Below, one piece after another: positions 1-10,587 of a stretch of DNA of 64,000 bases. Both the position numbers and the translations under genes were made by a program. Within the stretch, counting starts at the first letter, position 1, and each line of letters opens with the position of its first letter. The notes below the pieces were generated by a model. That model did no database searches. It was not told the origin of the DNA and saw nothing but the letters and a program-made list of their open reading frames with translations. Source of the DNA: Nitrospirota bacterium. GTDB taxonomy: Bacteria > Nitrospirota > Nitrospiria > Nitrospirales > Nitrospiraceae. Location of the stretch: the NCBI GenBank assembly GCA_963701855.1, contig CAVPBK010000006.1, positions 1,152,001-1,216,000 on the forward strand, given 5' to 3'.

Positions 1-740
1 GATGGTGGTGGGCTTAACGAAGGAGTCGAGGGCGGACGTGCTGTGACAACAGGAGTCGCGGGATGCAACAGGCTCCTGATCGGAGAGTTCTTGAGCACGT
101 TCGCTGCCGATCTCGAACCGCCAGACACAGGAGCTGGGCTGCTACCCGTTGAGGCTGCAGAATGACCGCCTGCCGATCCTGTCAACGGAGAGGAACCGGT
201 CGGAGCCCCCGAAGCGGAGGCGACCGGGGTTGTTCCAGGAAACGTCGCAGCCGTCGCCATTGTGATGGGCGCCGTTGCCGTGGGGCCGCTACTGCTCGAT
301 TGGGTCGTCGAGGTCGAACTGGTGATGGATCCGGATGTCACCGTCAGTGTCACGGGAACCGCGATATTTCCGCCCTTCTTGATGGAGACCGTAACGGTCC
401 CCGTGTAGCTCCCGACCGTCAACCCCGTGGGGTTCACACTCACTGAGATTTGCGCTGCGTTCGTCAGGCTCCCAGTCGTAGGGGATACGCTTAGCCACGA
501 TGCGTTGTCGCTGCTACTCCAGCTGAGAGTGCGGTTATTACTCTTAAGAATGTTCACGATTTGGCTCGGTGGATTGGTGCTGCCCTGCATGGCCTGGAAG
601 CTCAACATCGTCGGAACGGCGTCCAACGCCCATGCGTCAGGGAATGCGAGCACGCTGACAACAAGCATCACACCGGTGCGCAAGAGCCCGCTCCACCATC
701 TCCAGACGTGACCTGGGACATATCGCTTGGCCGCGTTCAT
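1..740 (-). CDS. Exported protein with BACON-like Ig domain and Ser/Thr/Pro-rich linker (3' end beyond window)
   Basis: Not in ORF track because it has no stop in the window. Manual translation from ATG at 740: MNAAKRYVPGHVWRWWSGLLRTGVMLVVSVLAFPDAWA (signal peptide), then LSFQAMQGSTNPPSQIVNI...LSWSSSDNASWLSVSPTTGS...ISVSVNPTGLTVGSYTGTVTV...VPVTLTV (BACON-type pattern). GAGGG RBS upstream. Confidence 0.8.
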   Translation of the reverse strand, partial: MNAAKRYVPGHVWRWWSGLLRTGVMLVVSVLAFPDAWALDAVPTMLSFQAMQGSTNPPSQIVNILKSNNRTLSWSSSDNASWLSVSPTTGSLTNAAQISVSVNPTGLTVGSYTGTVTVSIKKGGNIAVPVTLTVTSGSITSSTSTTQSSSSGPTATAPITMATAATFPGTTPVASASGAPTGSSPLTGSAGGHSAASTGSSPAPVSGGSRSAANVLKNSPIRSLLHPATPVVTARPPSTPSLSPPP

Positions 741-845
741 CGGTTTCCCTCATTTGCAGGAACAAGCCGCTGTTCCCCGCCCCAGCCCATGCATGCCACG
801 GTTGTGCGTCTCCGAGTCGCTCCCGTGGAAGCCCAACGTTGGAAC

Positions 846-861
846 AGCAATCTGCATACCA
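846..861 (-). promoter_or_regulatory. Putative sigma54 (-24/-12) promoter
   Basis: Minus strand reads TGGTAT-GCAGA-TTGCT with GG-N10-GC spacing, about 105 bp upstream of the ATG at 740. Confidence 0.6.
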
Positions 862-1395
862 TACAAGCTGGCCTGGCAAACCGATTGACTGCACAGGCCT
901 AAACGGGCGTCGAGCTGTAGGCTGGGCACGTCCGGACTGGCCGGATTTGTTCAGGCGGTTCAGAGCCCGGCAGCGGACCAAACCGTGGTCGACTCAGAGG
1001 TGCCGAAGGAAGAAGTTCGGGAGTCACTGCACCGGTACGCCGGCCAGATACCAAGACCAGGGTGTAACCCGTTGCGACTGGGGGTGCCGCTCCCTCTGGC
1101 TGTGGTCGATTCGTAGGTTCCCCGCAGACTGAGCCGGTCTGAAAGGCACATGCTGAGCGGCTCCGGCCCCACCTCAGTAATCCAGTTGTGTCCCACGTAA
1201 GCTTTGGACAGGCCTCACCCGCACTGATCCGCAGTCGGTGCCGCCGTGGGAGTGGCGGAAGAGAACCCGGTAGTGTGGAGATAATCCGATGAATCCGCTG
1301 AATGAGGCGAATCCGAGGAACCCGGCGAGTCCGATGAATCGGGGGCTGTATGGGCTTCCGTTTGAGCCGTTACGGTGAGACGGTAGGGAATCTCT

Positions 1396-2517
1396 TCAAA
1401 GACTGCAAAGAGAAACTGAGGTTGGAAACAATTCAACACTCCAGTTGTTGACATCCGCATCAAGGGCTTTCTTCCGTAATCGTATGATTCCACTTGAACT
1501 GGGCAATTCTCGAATGGACCGGACGGTTTCGCGTATCGTCTTTTCCACTGTAGAAGGTCGGCCTTTTACTTGCCGCACATTGAGGTTCGTAGTGATAAAG
1601 GCATTGGGTGTATACCGGCAAATCCTAGACGAGTCATCGGGAGTGGGCAACACGACTCGACCGCATACGAACGGTGTGAGAATCGCGTGTGGGTTTGGCT
1701 CCAACAAGTTTGTCCAAATGTCCGGATGGTGTGCGGTATGTGAACCATGATGAGCAACTTTAGACACCGAAGCTTTGCCTTGGGGCCGGATAGCTGGGTC
1801 GAGTATCGCGGTCCAGCCGGTTGTCGGGTCGCCTGACTCTTCTAAGTTGATCCCAAAAGAATCCTTGAATCACCGGCTGTCACCCACAGGGCAACGGCTG
1901 AGTGATTGGGTGATCTCGGGCTGACTCACCTTTTTGGTTCGTGAACTTTTGGAAACAGAGATGCGATATCGAATTGGGTACGCGTGACTGCTGAATTGAG
2001 GGGATAGACTCCGAATTTCTGCGCCGAAGGACTGGCCATTGATCTTATGCCGCTCCCAAAGGATTTTATTTGCAGATGCTAATGTGGGAGAACCCACTCT
2101 AGATCTTGATTTAGATCTCTGTTTGAGTGTGTTGACGACATCGCTGAACTCTTTCACGCCAGAGGTTCTCATCATCGAATTGACGCTGGCTGCTTTGACT
2201 AATGTGAGGAACTCTAGACTGTTCAGGGCACCGGAGCATGCGAAACGAGCAGATTGGCATTCTTTGAACAACATACCGAGCCCGCCAATGCGGTCGTCAT
2301 GCCAGTGGGTTGCCACGACAAGTTTTACGATCTGAGCGGGATCTTGGCCGAGTGCGCGGAGGTATTCGAGAACCGGAGGGCGCTTATCTCTATTTAAACA
2401 TGAATCAACAATAATCCAGTCGGAAAAACCTAGGTGGAGGAGGACGCATTCCCCATACCCAGGCCCAAATGATGACACCTCAATTTCATCAAAAAACGGC
2501 CCCTTGGTTATTTCCAT
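1396..2517 (-). pseudogene. MBL-fold metallo-hydrolase (ComEC/Rec2-like), disrupted
   Basis: N-part (1870..2517) has GPGYGECVL, IVDS and ATHWHDDRIGG (HxHxDH with last His changed to Arg). C-part (1396..1767) has KVAHHGS. The intervening PNHSAVALW...ILLG..LEE needs two frameshifts (~2000, ~1850) and crosses an in-frame TGA (~1926). Confidence 0.8.
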
Positions 2518-3150
2518 TCAAGGAGACCACTCAGTCGTTCGGCCTCACGTCTCGCTCGTTGTAATTCCTCCGAACGCCAGATTGGCAGACGCCTGAAACG
2601 AATGACTGATACTCTTGCCCGTCCGGTCGAACTGTCGGAATAACCAATATACCAATAGAACATTGCTCCGGGATTGAGAATTCTTATCGGCTGCATCAAT
2701 TTCATCTAGCGCAAATTCACCTTCTTCGTCAGAGCCTTTTTGCGTGAGATCGATGAGTCTGGCCGTAAACGAATTGCTCAGCACATCGAGCACAAATCCT
2801 TCCCACTTTTGGAGAACCTTAAACCGCGAGTGTGGTTGGGCATAAACCGTCTTTCTGAAAAAGACATTCGGAGGAGCTTGCTGTTCTCTCATTGATAGGC
2901 TGACATTGCTGTTGACGTTCGCGGAAATCCCACTTGATGGAGCTTGTACGATTCCAGTATTTGTGAGCATTACTTGGTTCAACTGCTTATCGGGTAGGGA
3001 GGTCGGATACCAGTACTTTTCGCCATAGTGACGAGCTGTCTCTTGGGCTGGATCGCCATTTATTCTTATAGAACCTTGCAAAGCCGAAGAGTTCGGAGGA
3101 CCTAATTCAGCTTGAAATGGATCGTATTTGAGGGCAGCAGCGGACTTCAT
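2508..3150 (-). pseudogene. Conserved hypothetical protein, frameshifted near 2682
   Basis: LQKWEGFVLDVLSNSFTARLIDLT...EEGEFALDEIDAAD continues naturally in the other frame as ILNPGAMFYWYIGY...VIRFRRLPIW...LLEWK*, whose stop overlaps the MBL start. Confidence 0.7.
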
Positions 3151-3800
3151 TTCAATCCTGCGATTGTTTCACCAATATGGAAAGACGGATCCAGTGATTT
3201 TGTCCAAGATGCTTCCAGGAGACCAATTATCTGATCGCTACCATGAGATGGTTCAAGGGGCATTTCATAATGGTCATTCACATTTACAAACACTCCGGGT
3301 TTAACCTTGCCAGAAGGCTCTATCCGTACATTTAAGGCGCCCTTGTGCTCATCCGGTCGTTTCGCTGTGATTGTCAACCCAGCCATCCCTGGATCTATTA
3401 ACAACCCTTTCCATATATCTTTCGGGGCTAAGCGATGACCAATCGCATGCCAAGCTTCCTCTGTCTCTATCCTGAAATGTATATCACGGTTAATTCCTAA
3501 CTTATCAATGGGTGTATGAGGCAAGACTCTGAACGTGCCAATAGCCAGATCACGTAGCCATTCAAATGCTTGAGCTTGGGCAGTTGCGAGCATCATTCGT
3601 TCTGGGGTGACTTCAATACGGAGCCAGCCGGACGAAAAAATTACTAACTCATGATGGATGATTTCTATTTTGGCCCCGTCCGCTTCATCCTTTTTCAGGA
3701 GATTTTGAGAGCCAAACCAAGCCGGTTGGAATATTTGAGGATTGAAGGACCCTACAAACACTATTGTATGGCCATCTATCTCAGATTTGATAACCGGCAT
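3147..3800 (-). CDS. Hypothetical protein (IVFVGSFNPQIFQPAWF family; possibly TIGR04255-like)
   Basis: Intact 217-aa ORF with ATGA overlap to the downstream gene, in an AT-rich segment. Confidence 0.7.
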   Translation of the reverse strand: MPVIKSEIDGHTIVFVGSFNPQIFQPAWFGSQNLLKKDEADGAKIEIIHHELVIFSSGWLRIEVTPERMMLATAQAQAFEWLRDLAIGTFRVLPHTPIDKLGINRDIHFRIETEEAWHAIGHRLAPKDIWKGLLIDPGMAGLTITAKRPDEHKGALNVRIEPSGKVKPGVFVNVNDHYEMPLEPSHGSDQIIGLLEASWTKSLDPSFHIGETIAGLK

Positions 3801-4821
3801 GTGATCCAGGGCTATGAAGTTGGATGTCCAAAATCGAGTTTAGTCACTCTTCGTGTGGGGATAGCTCCTGGGTTTGAACAGTATAAAGGACATCGCTCGG
3901 AATCCGCAACCTCTATGGTATATCCTGCGATACATCCACAAACCAACTTCCTAATCATTCCTAATGACAGATCACGCCCCCACAAGATGATATGATCCCT
4001 TTTTGATTCAAGTTTTGGGTCCACGTTCTGAACCTAATTCGACCACGCGCCGTCACACTGATCGGGGCGGCTTTCCAAAGAGGGACTGAAAAAGGAACCG
4101 GCCTAACTTTCCGATTCATTGAAATTCGCAAACCACTGACTGGTAGCGGTGTTTGGCGGTTCATGCGGAGCATATTAAGCCTCTAGATCCAGCCGCACAA
4201 TGGCTGAGCGGATCAACCTATCAAGCCACCATGACTCTCGTCTTCTCGCGCTGGCCGGGGGCGGGGGATCCGTACGGATAGAAGTTTTTCAAATCTGATG
4301 GCCCACCCTTCTTTCCCTTGTCCGTGTACTGTTGACATGCTCATACCGTCAGCGTCGGGACTCCACTCCGCGCCGAGGATCCGGACTGATTCAGGGATGC
4401 GTTTCAACGAGGACGGGGGTCTTCTTGGGAAGAGTGCACCGTGGATATCTGGCCGTACAGCTAGAGGACTCCATGGGATGGGGCCGCCTGCCGAACAAGG
4501 CCGGGGGGTCGTTATGCTGGGGAAGGGAGAGGAAAACTTTTTCCGGCCACTGTCAAGTAACTGTCAAGTGGCTGCCCTATTCCATTGTTCCCTGTTGTGT
4601 CGCGCTGTCTCATGAATGCCCAGAAACATAAGGGGAAGTGCAATGCACGCCACAGCAAGACACTAGGCGCTATGCCCTTCAATACCTTGTGTATGTAACA
4701 AAAACTTCGTAATCCGCAATCGCAACTGAACTGACCTGTTCCACGGTCTGTGTAAAAAGAAGGCTTGACCTGTATGGAACAGCTCTGCGAAAAGAAAGCA
4801 CTATGATCTAGGAGGGGTGCA

Positions 4822-5982
4822 ATGATGGAACAGCATATCAACCAACGAATGGCTGCATTGGCCCATTCGGAGATTCGAGCGATGACCCAAGCTTGTGTCC
4901 AGTCGAAGGGTCTCAACATGGCACAAGGGGTTTGCGACACGCCGGTTCCACCGGTAGTGCTTCGAGCCGCAGCGCAGGCGATGGAGCGTGGGAAGAATGT
5001 CTATTCGCGGTTCGATGGATTGCCCGAGCTGCGGCAGGCGATCGCCAAGAAGCTCGTGCAGTTCAACGGCATCGTGGCTGATCCAGAAACGGACGTGACG
5101 GTCAGTGCGGGGGCCACAGGATCCTTTCATTGTGCCTGCCTGGCGCTGCTCAATCCCGGCGACGAGGTCGTCCTCTTCGAGCCCTATTACCAGTATCACA
5201 TCAGTGCGCTGCTGGCGGTTGAGGCGGTTCCGGTGGCGGTGAAGATGCGGGCTCCGGACTGGACTTTTTCCGTGGCCGAGGTCGAGCGCGCAATCACGCC
5301 ACGAACCAAGGCGATCATAGTGAACTCGCCTGGCAATCCATCAGGGAAAGTGTTCAGCAGGCAAGAACTGGAGAGTATTGCCGCGATCGCACAACAACAC
5401 GGTTTGTTCGTGTTTACCGATGAAATATACGAATACTTTCTGTATGACGGTCGGACGCATGTGAGCTTCGCAACCTTGCCGGGCATGGCCGACCGTACGA
5501 TTACCATCGGCGGTTACTCCAAAACGTTTAGTATCACCGGTTGGCGCATTGGCTACAGTGTCGCAGCGGCGCGATGGGCGCAAGCGATAGGAGCCATGAA
5601 CGACCTACTCTATGTCTGTGCCCCGACGCCGTTGCAGGCGGGGGTGGCGGTGGGTATCCAGGAACTTCCGGATTCGTTCTACCGCGATCTGGCGCGCGAT
5701 TATGGACAGAAACGTGATCGGTTCTGCCAGGCCTTGGCGAAGGCCGGTCTGACGCCGTCGATTCCACGGGGCGCCTATTATGTCCTGGCCGATGCGTCGC
5801 GGTTGCCTGGCACAACAGGAAAAGAGCGGGCAATGTTTCTCCTTGAGGCGATCGGTTTGGCCGGCGTGCCGGGTGAAGCTTTCTTTTCCGGGGTTGACGG
5901 GAGGCAGTTCATTCGATTTAGCTATGCGAAAATCGACTCTGACATCGACGACGCTTGCCGGCGACTTGAGCGGCTTGGGTAG
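4822..5982 (+). CDS. PLP-dependent aminotransferase class I/II
   Basis: NSPGNPSGKV, TDEIYEY and GYSKTFSITGWRIGY motifs; AGGAGG RBS. Confidence 0.95.
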   Translation: MMEQHINQRMAALAHSEIRAMTQACVQSKGLNMAQGVCDTPVPPVVLRAAAQAMERGKNVYSRFDGLPELRQAIAKKLVQFNGIVADPETDVTVSAGATGSFHCACLALLNPGDEVVLFEPYYQYHISALLAVEAVPVAVKMRAPDWTFSVAEVERAITPRTKAIIVNSPGNPSGKVFSRQELESIAAIAQQHGLFVFTDEIYEYFLYDGRTHVSFATLPGMADRTITIGGYSKTFSITGWRIGYSVAAARWAQAIGAMNDLLYVCAPTPLQAGVAVGIQELPDSFYRDLARDYGQKRDRFCQALAKAGLTPSIPRGAYYVLADASRLPGTTGKERAMFLLEAIGLAGVPGEAFFSGVDGRQFIRFSYAKIDSDIDDACRRLERLG

Positions 5983-6130
5983 TATCCTGTTAGAATGCGG
6001 ATAATTTAGATGGTGGATTTACGGAGCGTGTTATCTCGGCAAGATGACCGCTCTCATCAATACATAGCGATACGACATCGGCACCGTGAATAGTTTCTCA
6101 CGCCATAACCGATGATCTGCAGGGAGTCCC

Positions 6131-6445
6131 ATGGAAGGACGCAAACATACCCGTTTCGCAGTACAACTTCCTGTGTCGTTCAGTGGAGACCAGCTTTCCG
6201 ACAGGGGCACTATCTTAAACTTGTCTGCGGAGGGTTGCGCCATCACGTCGGAAACCGTCGCGGGCGTTGCAGTCTATCTGCAATTGACGATGCAACTCCG
6301 GGAGCGAGATGAGCCGATCCAGGTCGATCTGGCCGCGGTTCGGTGGATTTCCTCGACGAGGTTCGGTGTTGAGTTTATCAAGATTCGTCCTGAAGAAGGG
6401 GAGCGACTGAAGCAGTTCGTCAATGTACTGGAGTCGACGACCTGA
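6131..6445 (+). CDS. PilZ domain protein
   Basis: RKHTR (RxxxR) and NLSAEG (D/NxSxxG) motifs, FGVEF. Confidence 0.9.
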   Translation: MEGRKHTRFAVQLPVSFSGDQLSDRGTILNLSAEGCAITSETVAGVAVYLQLTMQLRERDEPIQVDLAAVRWISSTRFGVEFIKIRPEEGERLKQFVNVLESTT

Positions 6446-6475
6446 GCACAGGGGTTCGCAACAAGATTCGAGCGG

Positions 6476-8227
6476 CTATTTCATGGCGACGGCCCGGACT
6501 TGTTCATAGGTAGTCAGTCCGGCGAGGATTTTCAGAATTCCGTCCTGCACGAGCGTCACCATCCCTTCCTTCTCAGCCAGGCGCTGCATCTCCGTCGTTT
6601 TGGCGCGGCTCTGGATCAGGCTTCGCAGTTCATCCGATCCGCTCAGGAGTTCGTGCAAGGCGATCCGACCTTTGAGGCCTGTTCGGCCGCAGGCTTCACA
6701 CCCCCGCCCCCGATAGAGCTGAAAGTCGTCGCAATAGCCTATTCCGAGCGCCTCCCACATGTGCTTACCGTACCTACTCACCAGTCTATCGTACTCTTGC
6801 ACTGTTGGATGATACTGTTCTTTACAATTGACGCAGATCCGCTTGCAGAGGCGTTGGGCGAGCACTCCCTGCATGGCATCGGCGAAGTTGAAGGAGTCGC
6901 ATCCCAGGTCGAGGAGCCGAACCACAGTCTCGGCCGCCCCATTCGTGTGTAATGTGCTCAAGACCAGGTGGCCAGTCAACGAGGCCTCGATGGCCACATC
7001 GGCTGTTTCCTTGTCCCGCATTTCACCGATCATAATGACATCCGGATCGGCTCGTAAAAATGACCGCATGGCGGCGGCAAAGGTAAACCCGATTCTTGAA
7101 TGGACCTGTACCTGACGGAGGCCCTCCTGGGTGATCTCAATGGGATCCTCCGCCGTCCAGATTTTCCGTTCGTCTGTGTTGAGATGGCGAAGCAGGGCGT
7201 GTAGCGTCGTCGTTTTTCCGGATCCGGTGGGACCCACGCACAAAATGATGCCATGCGGTTTCTCCGCGATGTCCAGGAGTGCTGTGAGCGTGGCTGGAGC
7301 AAACTCCATGGAGTCAAGAGGGAGGGGCTCCTTCGCCGTGAGCAATCGCATAACGATGTCTTCGTTGTTGCCGGCGGTTGGCAGAGTCGCCACCCGCAGC
7401 TCGATTTCTCTATCCTGACTCAGCTTGAACCGGATCTTCCCGTCCTGCGGTTTCCGGCGTTCAGAAATGTCCAGATGGGACATGATCTTGATACGGGAAA
7501 CTAAGGCTCGGCGATAAATCGCGGGAATCCGCATATAGGTGGAACATGTGCCATCTATCCGAAAACGAATGGCTGTTTCCTTACGATCCGAGTACGGTTC
7601 GATATGAATATCGGATGCATCGTGTCGGTATGCCTCGACAATGATCTGATTCGCGAGCCGTACGATCGCGGAATCGTTCTCGTCAATGCCGTCAGAGTTG
7701 ATGTCAAGTGATTGCTCCAGATGAGCGTCGTTGACCAGCTCGCCCAATGTGTCCGCAATGGATCCGCTATCGGTGTCTCCAATCGTGGCGTTGAGGAATC
7801 GCTCGATGTCACGCCGCAGGCCCAAGGCATACCGTATCGTCAGGCCTGGAAAGGCGCGCTGGATGTCATGACCTCTATCGAGATCATGGGGGTTGTCAAT
7901 CAGGACATCCAGAATATCACCCTGCTGTTTCAGTGGGAGCCAGTGATGCCTGTGAAGGTAATCGTGACTAAGATTACTGAGGAGTTGGGGGTCAGCCAGG
8001 GTCCGTTCGTCAAATGGAATATAGGGGCAATCGAAGAAGCTGCTCAGTGTTTTGCCTAGCACTGCTTTCGGGACTCGGTATTTCTCGATCAGCAGGCCTT
8101 CCAAGTCGGTCGATCCCTGCAAGGACTCCTGAACAGCTTTCACGAGGTCCGGCTGGCGGATGAAGCCCTCGTGGATCAAGGGATCATAGGCACGGGGTTC
8201 AATGGTTCTGTGGGCCGCCTTCTGCAT
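6476..8227 (-). CDS. GspE/PilB-family secretion/pilus assembly ATPase
   Basis: ASDIHIEP, Walker A GPTGSGKTT, TAEDPIE, RADPDVIMIGEMRD, TGHLVLSTLHTN and a tetracysteine motif. Confidence 0.95.
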   Translation of the reverse strand: MQKAAHRTIEPRAYDPLIHEGFIRQPDLVKAVQESLQGSTDLEGLLIEKYRVPKAVLGKTLSSFFDCPYIPFDERTLADPQLLSNLSHDYLHRHHWLPLKQQGDILDVLIDNPHDLDRGHDIQRAFPGLTIRYALGLRRDIERFLNATIGDTDSGSIADTLGELVNDAHLEQSLDINSDGIDENDSAIVRLANQIIVEAYRHDASDIHIEPYSDRKETAIRFRIDGTCSTYMRIPAIYRRALVSRIKIMSHLDISERRKPQDGKIRFKLSQDREIELRVATLPTAGNNEDIVMRLLTAKEPLPLDSMEFAPATLTALLDIAEKPHGIILCVGPTGSGKTTTLHALLRHLNTDERKIWTAEDPIEITQEGLRQVQVHSRIGFTFAAAMRSFLRADPDVIMIGEMRDKETADVAIEASLTGHLVLSTLHTNGAAETVVRLLDLGCDSFNFADAMQGVLAQRLCKRICVNCKEQYHPTVQEYDRLVSRYGKHMWEALGIGYCDDFQLYRGRGCEACGRTGLKGRIALHELLSGSDELRSLIQSRAKTTEMQRLAEKEGMVTLVQDGILKILAGLTTYEQVRAVAMK

Positions 8228-8546
8228 GGTTCCTATTATGTGGGCTCCAGAAGGGGGTTGATGTCCGTTTCAATCCCGCCGCCGATCGTCATCACTCTCA
8301 GTATAGAAGTATTTTCGTCGTTCTCAACGAATATCAAAAAAGAAACGCGATCCTTCGCGATCTTATCGGAGGCGGGAACTGGCAATGAGCTTGCGGAGGA
8401 ATGATGTGGTTATGGAGTCGTGAGCAAGACAGGCAAGATCTGCGCGACAGGCGAGACCTGAGCCTGTTGAGGGACGTCCATGAGGAACGCGTTCCGCGAG
8501 ATTTTTCAACAAACCGCCACGAGCGTGTGAAATAGCAGGGTGATGG

Positions 8547-9362
8547 TTATGAAGCGGTTCGTTTCCGTTCTGATTTCGAGCTGGCACGGTTGGCGTGGGT
8601 CTGGAGGTTGGCGTGCAAGTCTTTGCCAGCGGTGGCAGCCACAGCGATGACACCGCGAAATCTCGGTATCGGTTGATTGAAGGCAAAGGGTTTCCCCTTC
8701 GCGTCGCTGATGGCGCCGCCGCTTTCTTCGATGAGCAGGACTCCGGCTGCAAGATCCCACTCGTTCTCCGGCTCGATGGTGAAGGCTGCCTGGACGCGAC
8801 CTGCGGCGACCAGGGCCAGTGCGTTGGCGATGGAGTACATGGGTCGGCACCGAGCGGTCTCGGCGAGTATCGACCATCGGCCGATCCGGAATTCCCCCGC
8901 ACTGACCATGATGGCCGGGTCGAACGCATGAGTGGGGGAGGGGGTGACACGTGTGCCGTTCAGGAAGAGTCCGCTGCCGCGCACCGCGGTGAAGAGTTCG
9001 TCGGTCGAGGGATTGAGGATCGCGGCGACGACCGGTGTGCCTCGTTCAATCAACGCGGCAGAGATGCAGAACTCCGGCATCCGATTCACCAAGGCTTTTG
9101 TACCGTCGATGGGGTCCACAATCCAGACGCGCTGGTTGGTGAGTCGAGCCGGATCGTCGGGAGACTCTTCCGAGAGCCATCCATCCTGTGGAAACTCCCG
9201 GCGCTGCATCTCATGTAGAATGCGGTTGACCTCATAATCCACAGTCGTGACCGGCGAACGATCCGGCTTCGTCTGCACTTCGAACCCAACCCTGATCAGT
9301 TCACGCACCTTCGTACCGGCGTTCCGGATCGATTCGACCAACGTTGCCAACTCTCGTTCCAT
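8547..9362 (-). CDS. Inositol monophosphatase / CysQ-family 3'(2'),5'-bisphosphate nucleotidase
   Basis: SPVT, LSEE, WIVDPIDGT and EWDLAAG motifs; start trimmed to MERELA. Confidence 0.9.
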   Translation of the reverse strand: MERELATLVESIRNAGTKVRELIRVGFEVQTKPDRSPVTTVDYEVNRILHEMQRREFPQDGWLSEESPDDPARLTNQRVWIVDPIDGTKALVNRMPEFCISAALIERGTPVVAAILNPSTDELFTAVRGSGLFLNGTRVTPSPTHAFDPAIMVSAGEFRIGRWSILAETARCRPMYSIANALALVAAGRVQAAFTIEPENEWDLAAGVLLIEESGGAISDAKGKPFAFNQPIPRFRGVIAVAATAGKDLHANLQTHANRASSKSERKRTAS

Positions 9363-9513
9363 GTTGCATGCCTCGCTGAGTGGACCAGGAAGAGTAGCAG
9401 GTCTTACAGGATCAGCAAAGCGTAAAGAGGGCATCCGGCGATCAGCGCCGACGGTCCTCTTGACCATCGCAGTGAACCTGCGTACAAGCAGGGGGTTCTG
9501 CGAGGTCTCTACC

Positions 9514-10569
9514 ATGAAACTGGTCCAGAAACGATCCAGAAAGACGGGGCTTCCCCCAGGTACGCTTGTCCATATCGGTGAGAAAAAACCGGCCAAGGTC
9601 ACTATCACGGCCTTTAACTACGCCGACGCTCGCTGCGACGAACGCCAGGATCTGTCGCTTGAAGGGCTTGCGCCACCGACCGATGAATCCGTCACATGGG
9701 TAGATGTCGGGGGCGTTCACAGGATGGACATTCTGGAATCGTTTGGGAAGCAGTTCCAGCTCCATTCCCTTCTTCTCGAAGACATTGCAAACACCGATCA
9801 GCGTCCGAAACTCGACGACTATGAAACCCGCTTGTTCCTCGTGATGAAGATGCTCTCGGTCACCGACCGACAGGAGATCGTCGTCGAACAGGTGAGTCTG
9901 ATCCTCGGGCCGAACTTTGTACTGTCCTTTCAGGAAAATGGGGCCGACGTCTTCACATCGGTGCGGGATCGACTTCGTGGGGGGAAGGGACGCTTGCGGC
10001 AGTCCGGGGCCGACTACCTGCTCTATGCGCTGATCGATGCCATTGTCGATCAATACTTCGAGGTGCTGGAGGCGCTAGGCGAAAAGATCGAAGCGCTGCA
10101 AGATCTGGTGGTCAGCGATCCGAAGCCAGAGACGCTGCACAAAATCCACGGCCTCAAACGGCAGTTACTGTTTCTGCGGCGGGCGGTGTGGCCACTCCGT
10201 GAAGCGGCGAACAGTCTATCCCGATCAGAATGCCCGTTCTTACAGGAATCGACAAAGATATTCTTCCGTGATGTCTACGATCACGTGGTTCAGATCGTGG
10301 ATACCATCGAGACGCTTCGCGAAATGGTCTCAACCAGTCTCGATATCTATCTGTCGAGCATCAGCTATCGGCTGAACGCTGTGATGAAGGTGCTGACGAT
10401 CATTACGACGATTTTCATGCCCCTGACCTTCATCGTCGGTATCTACGGGATGAACTTCGAACACATGCCGGAGCTGAAGTGGGAATGGGGCTACCCGCTG
10501 GTACTTGGACTGATGGTGGCGATCGTGATCGCCATGCTCGGGTTTTTCAAAGGAAAGAAGTGGATTTAA
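9514..10569 (+). CDS. corA: Magnesium/cobalt transporter CorA
   Basis: KTGLPPGTLVHIGE N-terminus, QRPKLDDY, YGMNF signature, MPELKWEWGY. Confidence 0.97.
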   Translation: MKLVQKRSRKTGLPPGTLVHIGEKKPAKVTITAFNYADARCDERQDLSLEGLAPPTDESVTWVDVGGVHRMDILESFGKQFQLHSLLLEDIANTDQRPKLDDYETRLFLVMKMLSVTDRQEIVVEQVSLILGPNFVLSFQENGADVFTSVRDRLRGGKGRLRQSGADYLLYALIDAIVDQYFEVLEALGEKIEALQDLVVSDPKPETLHKIHGLKRQLLFLRRAVWPLREAANSLSRSECPFLQESTKIFFRDVYDHVVQIVDTIETLREMVSTSLDIYLSSISYRLNAVMKVLTIITTIFMPLTFIVGIYGMNFEHMPELKWEWGYPLVLGLMVAIVIAMLGFFKGKKWI

Positions 10570-10587
10570 TCCGGGCTAAAAGAGGGA

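Noticed and set aside
872..930. GGCAAACC...GGCCTAAAC resembling a c-di-GMP-I riboswitch
   Set aside because: Lacks the GAAA tetraloop stem and GGACGCAAAG core, and lies on the strand opposite the nearby gene; an Infernal search would settle it
960..1395. Short ORFs with Ser/Asp repeats next to the AT-rich cassette
   Set aside because: No start context or recognisable family; possibly gene debris but cannot be supported
3812..4500. Several 60-100 aa ORFs in the intergenic region
   Set aside because: No recognisable motifs or RBS; likely non-coding or heavily decayed sequence
8266..8280. GTTTCAATCCC resembling the start of a CRISPR repeat
   Set aside because: Single occurrence with no periodic repeats
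8458..8515. GAGCCTGTTGA...TTTTTCAACAAACC possible IS-end remnant (similar CAGACTGTTGAAAAA at ~59610)
   Set aside because: Too short and degenerate to call without a genome-wide search
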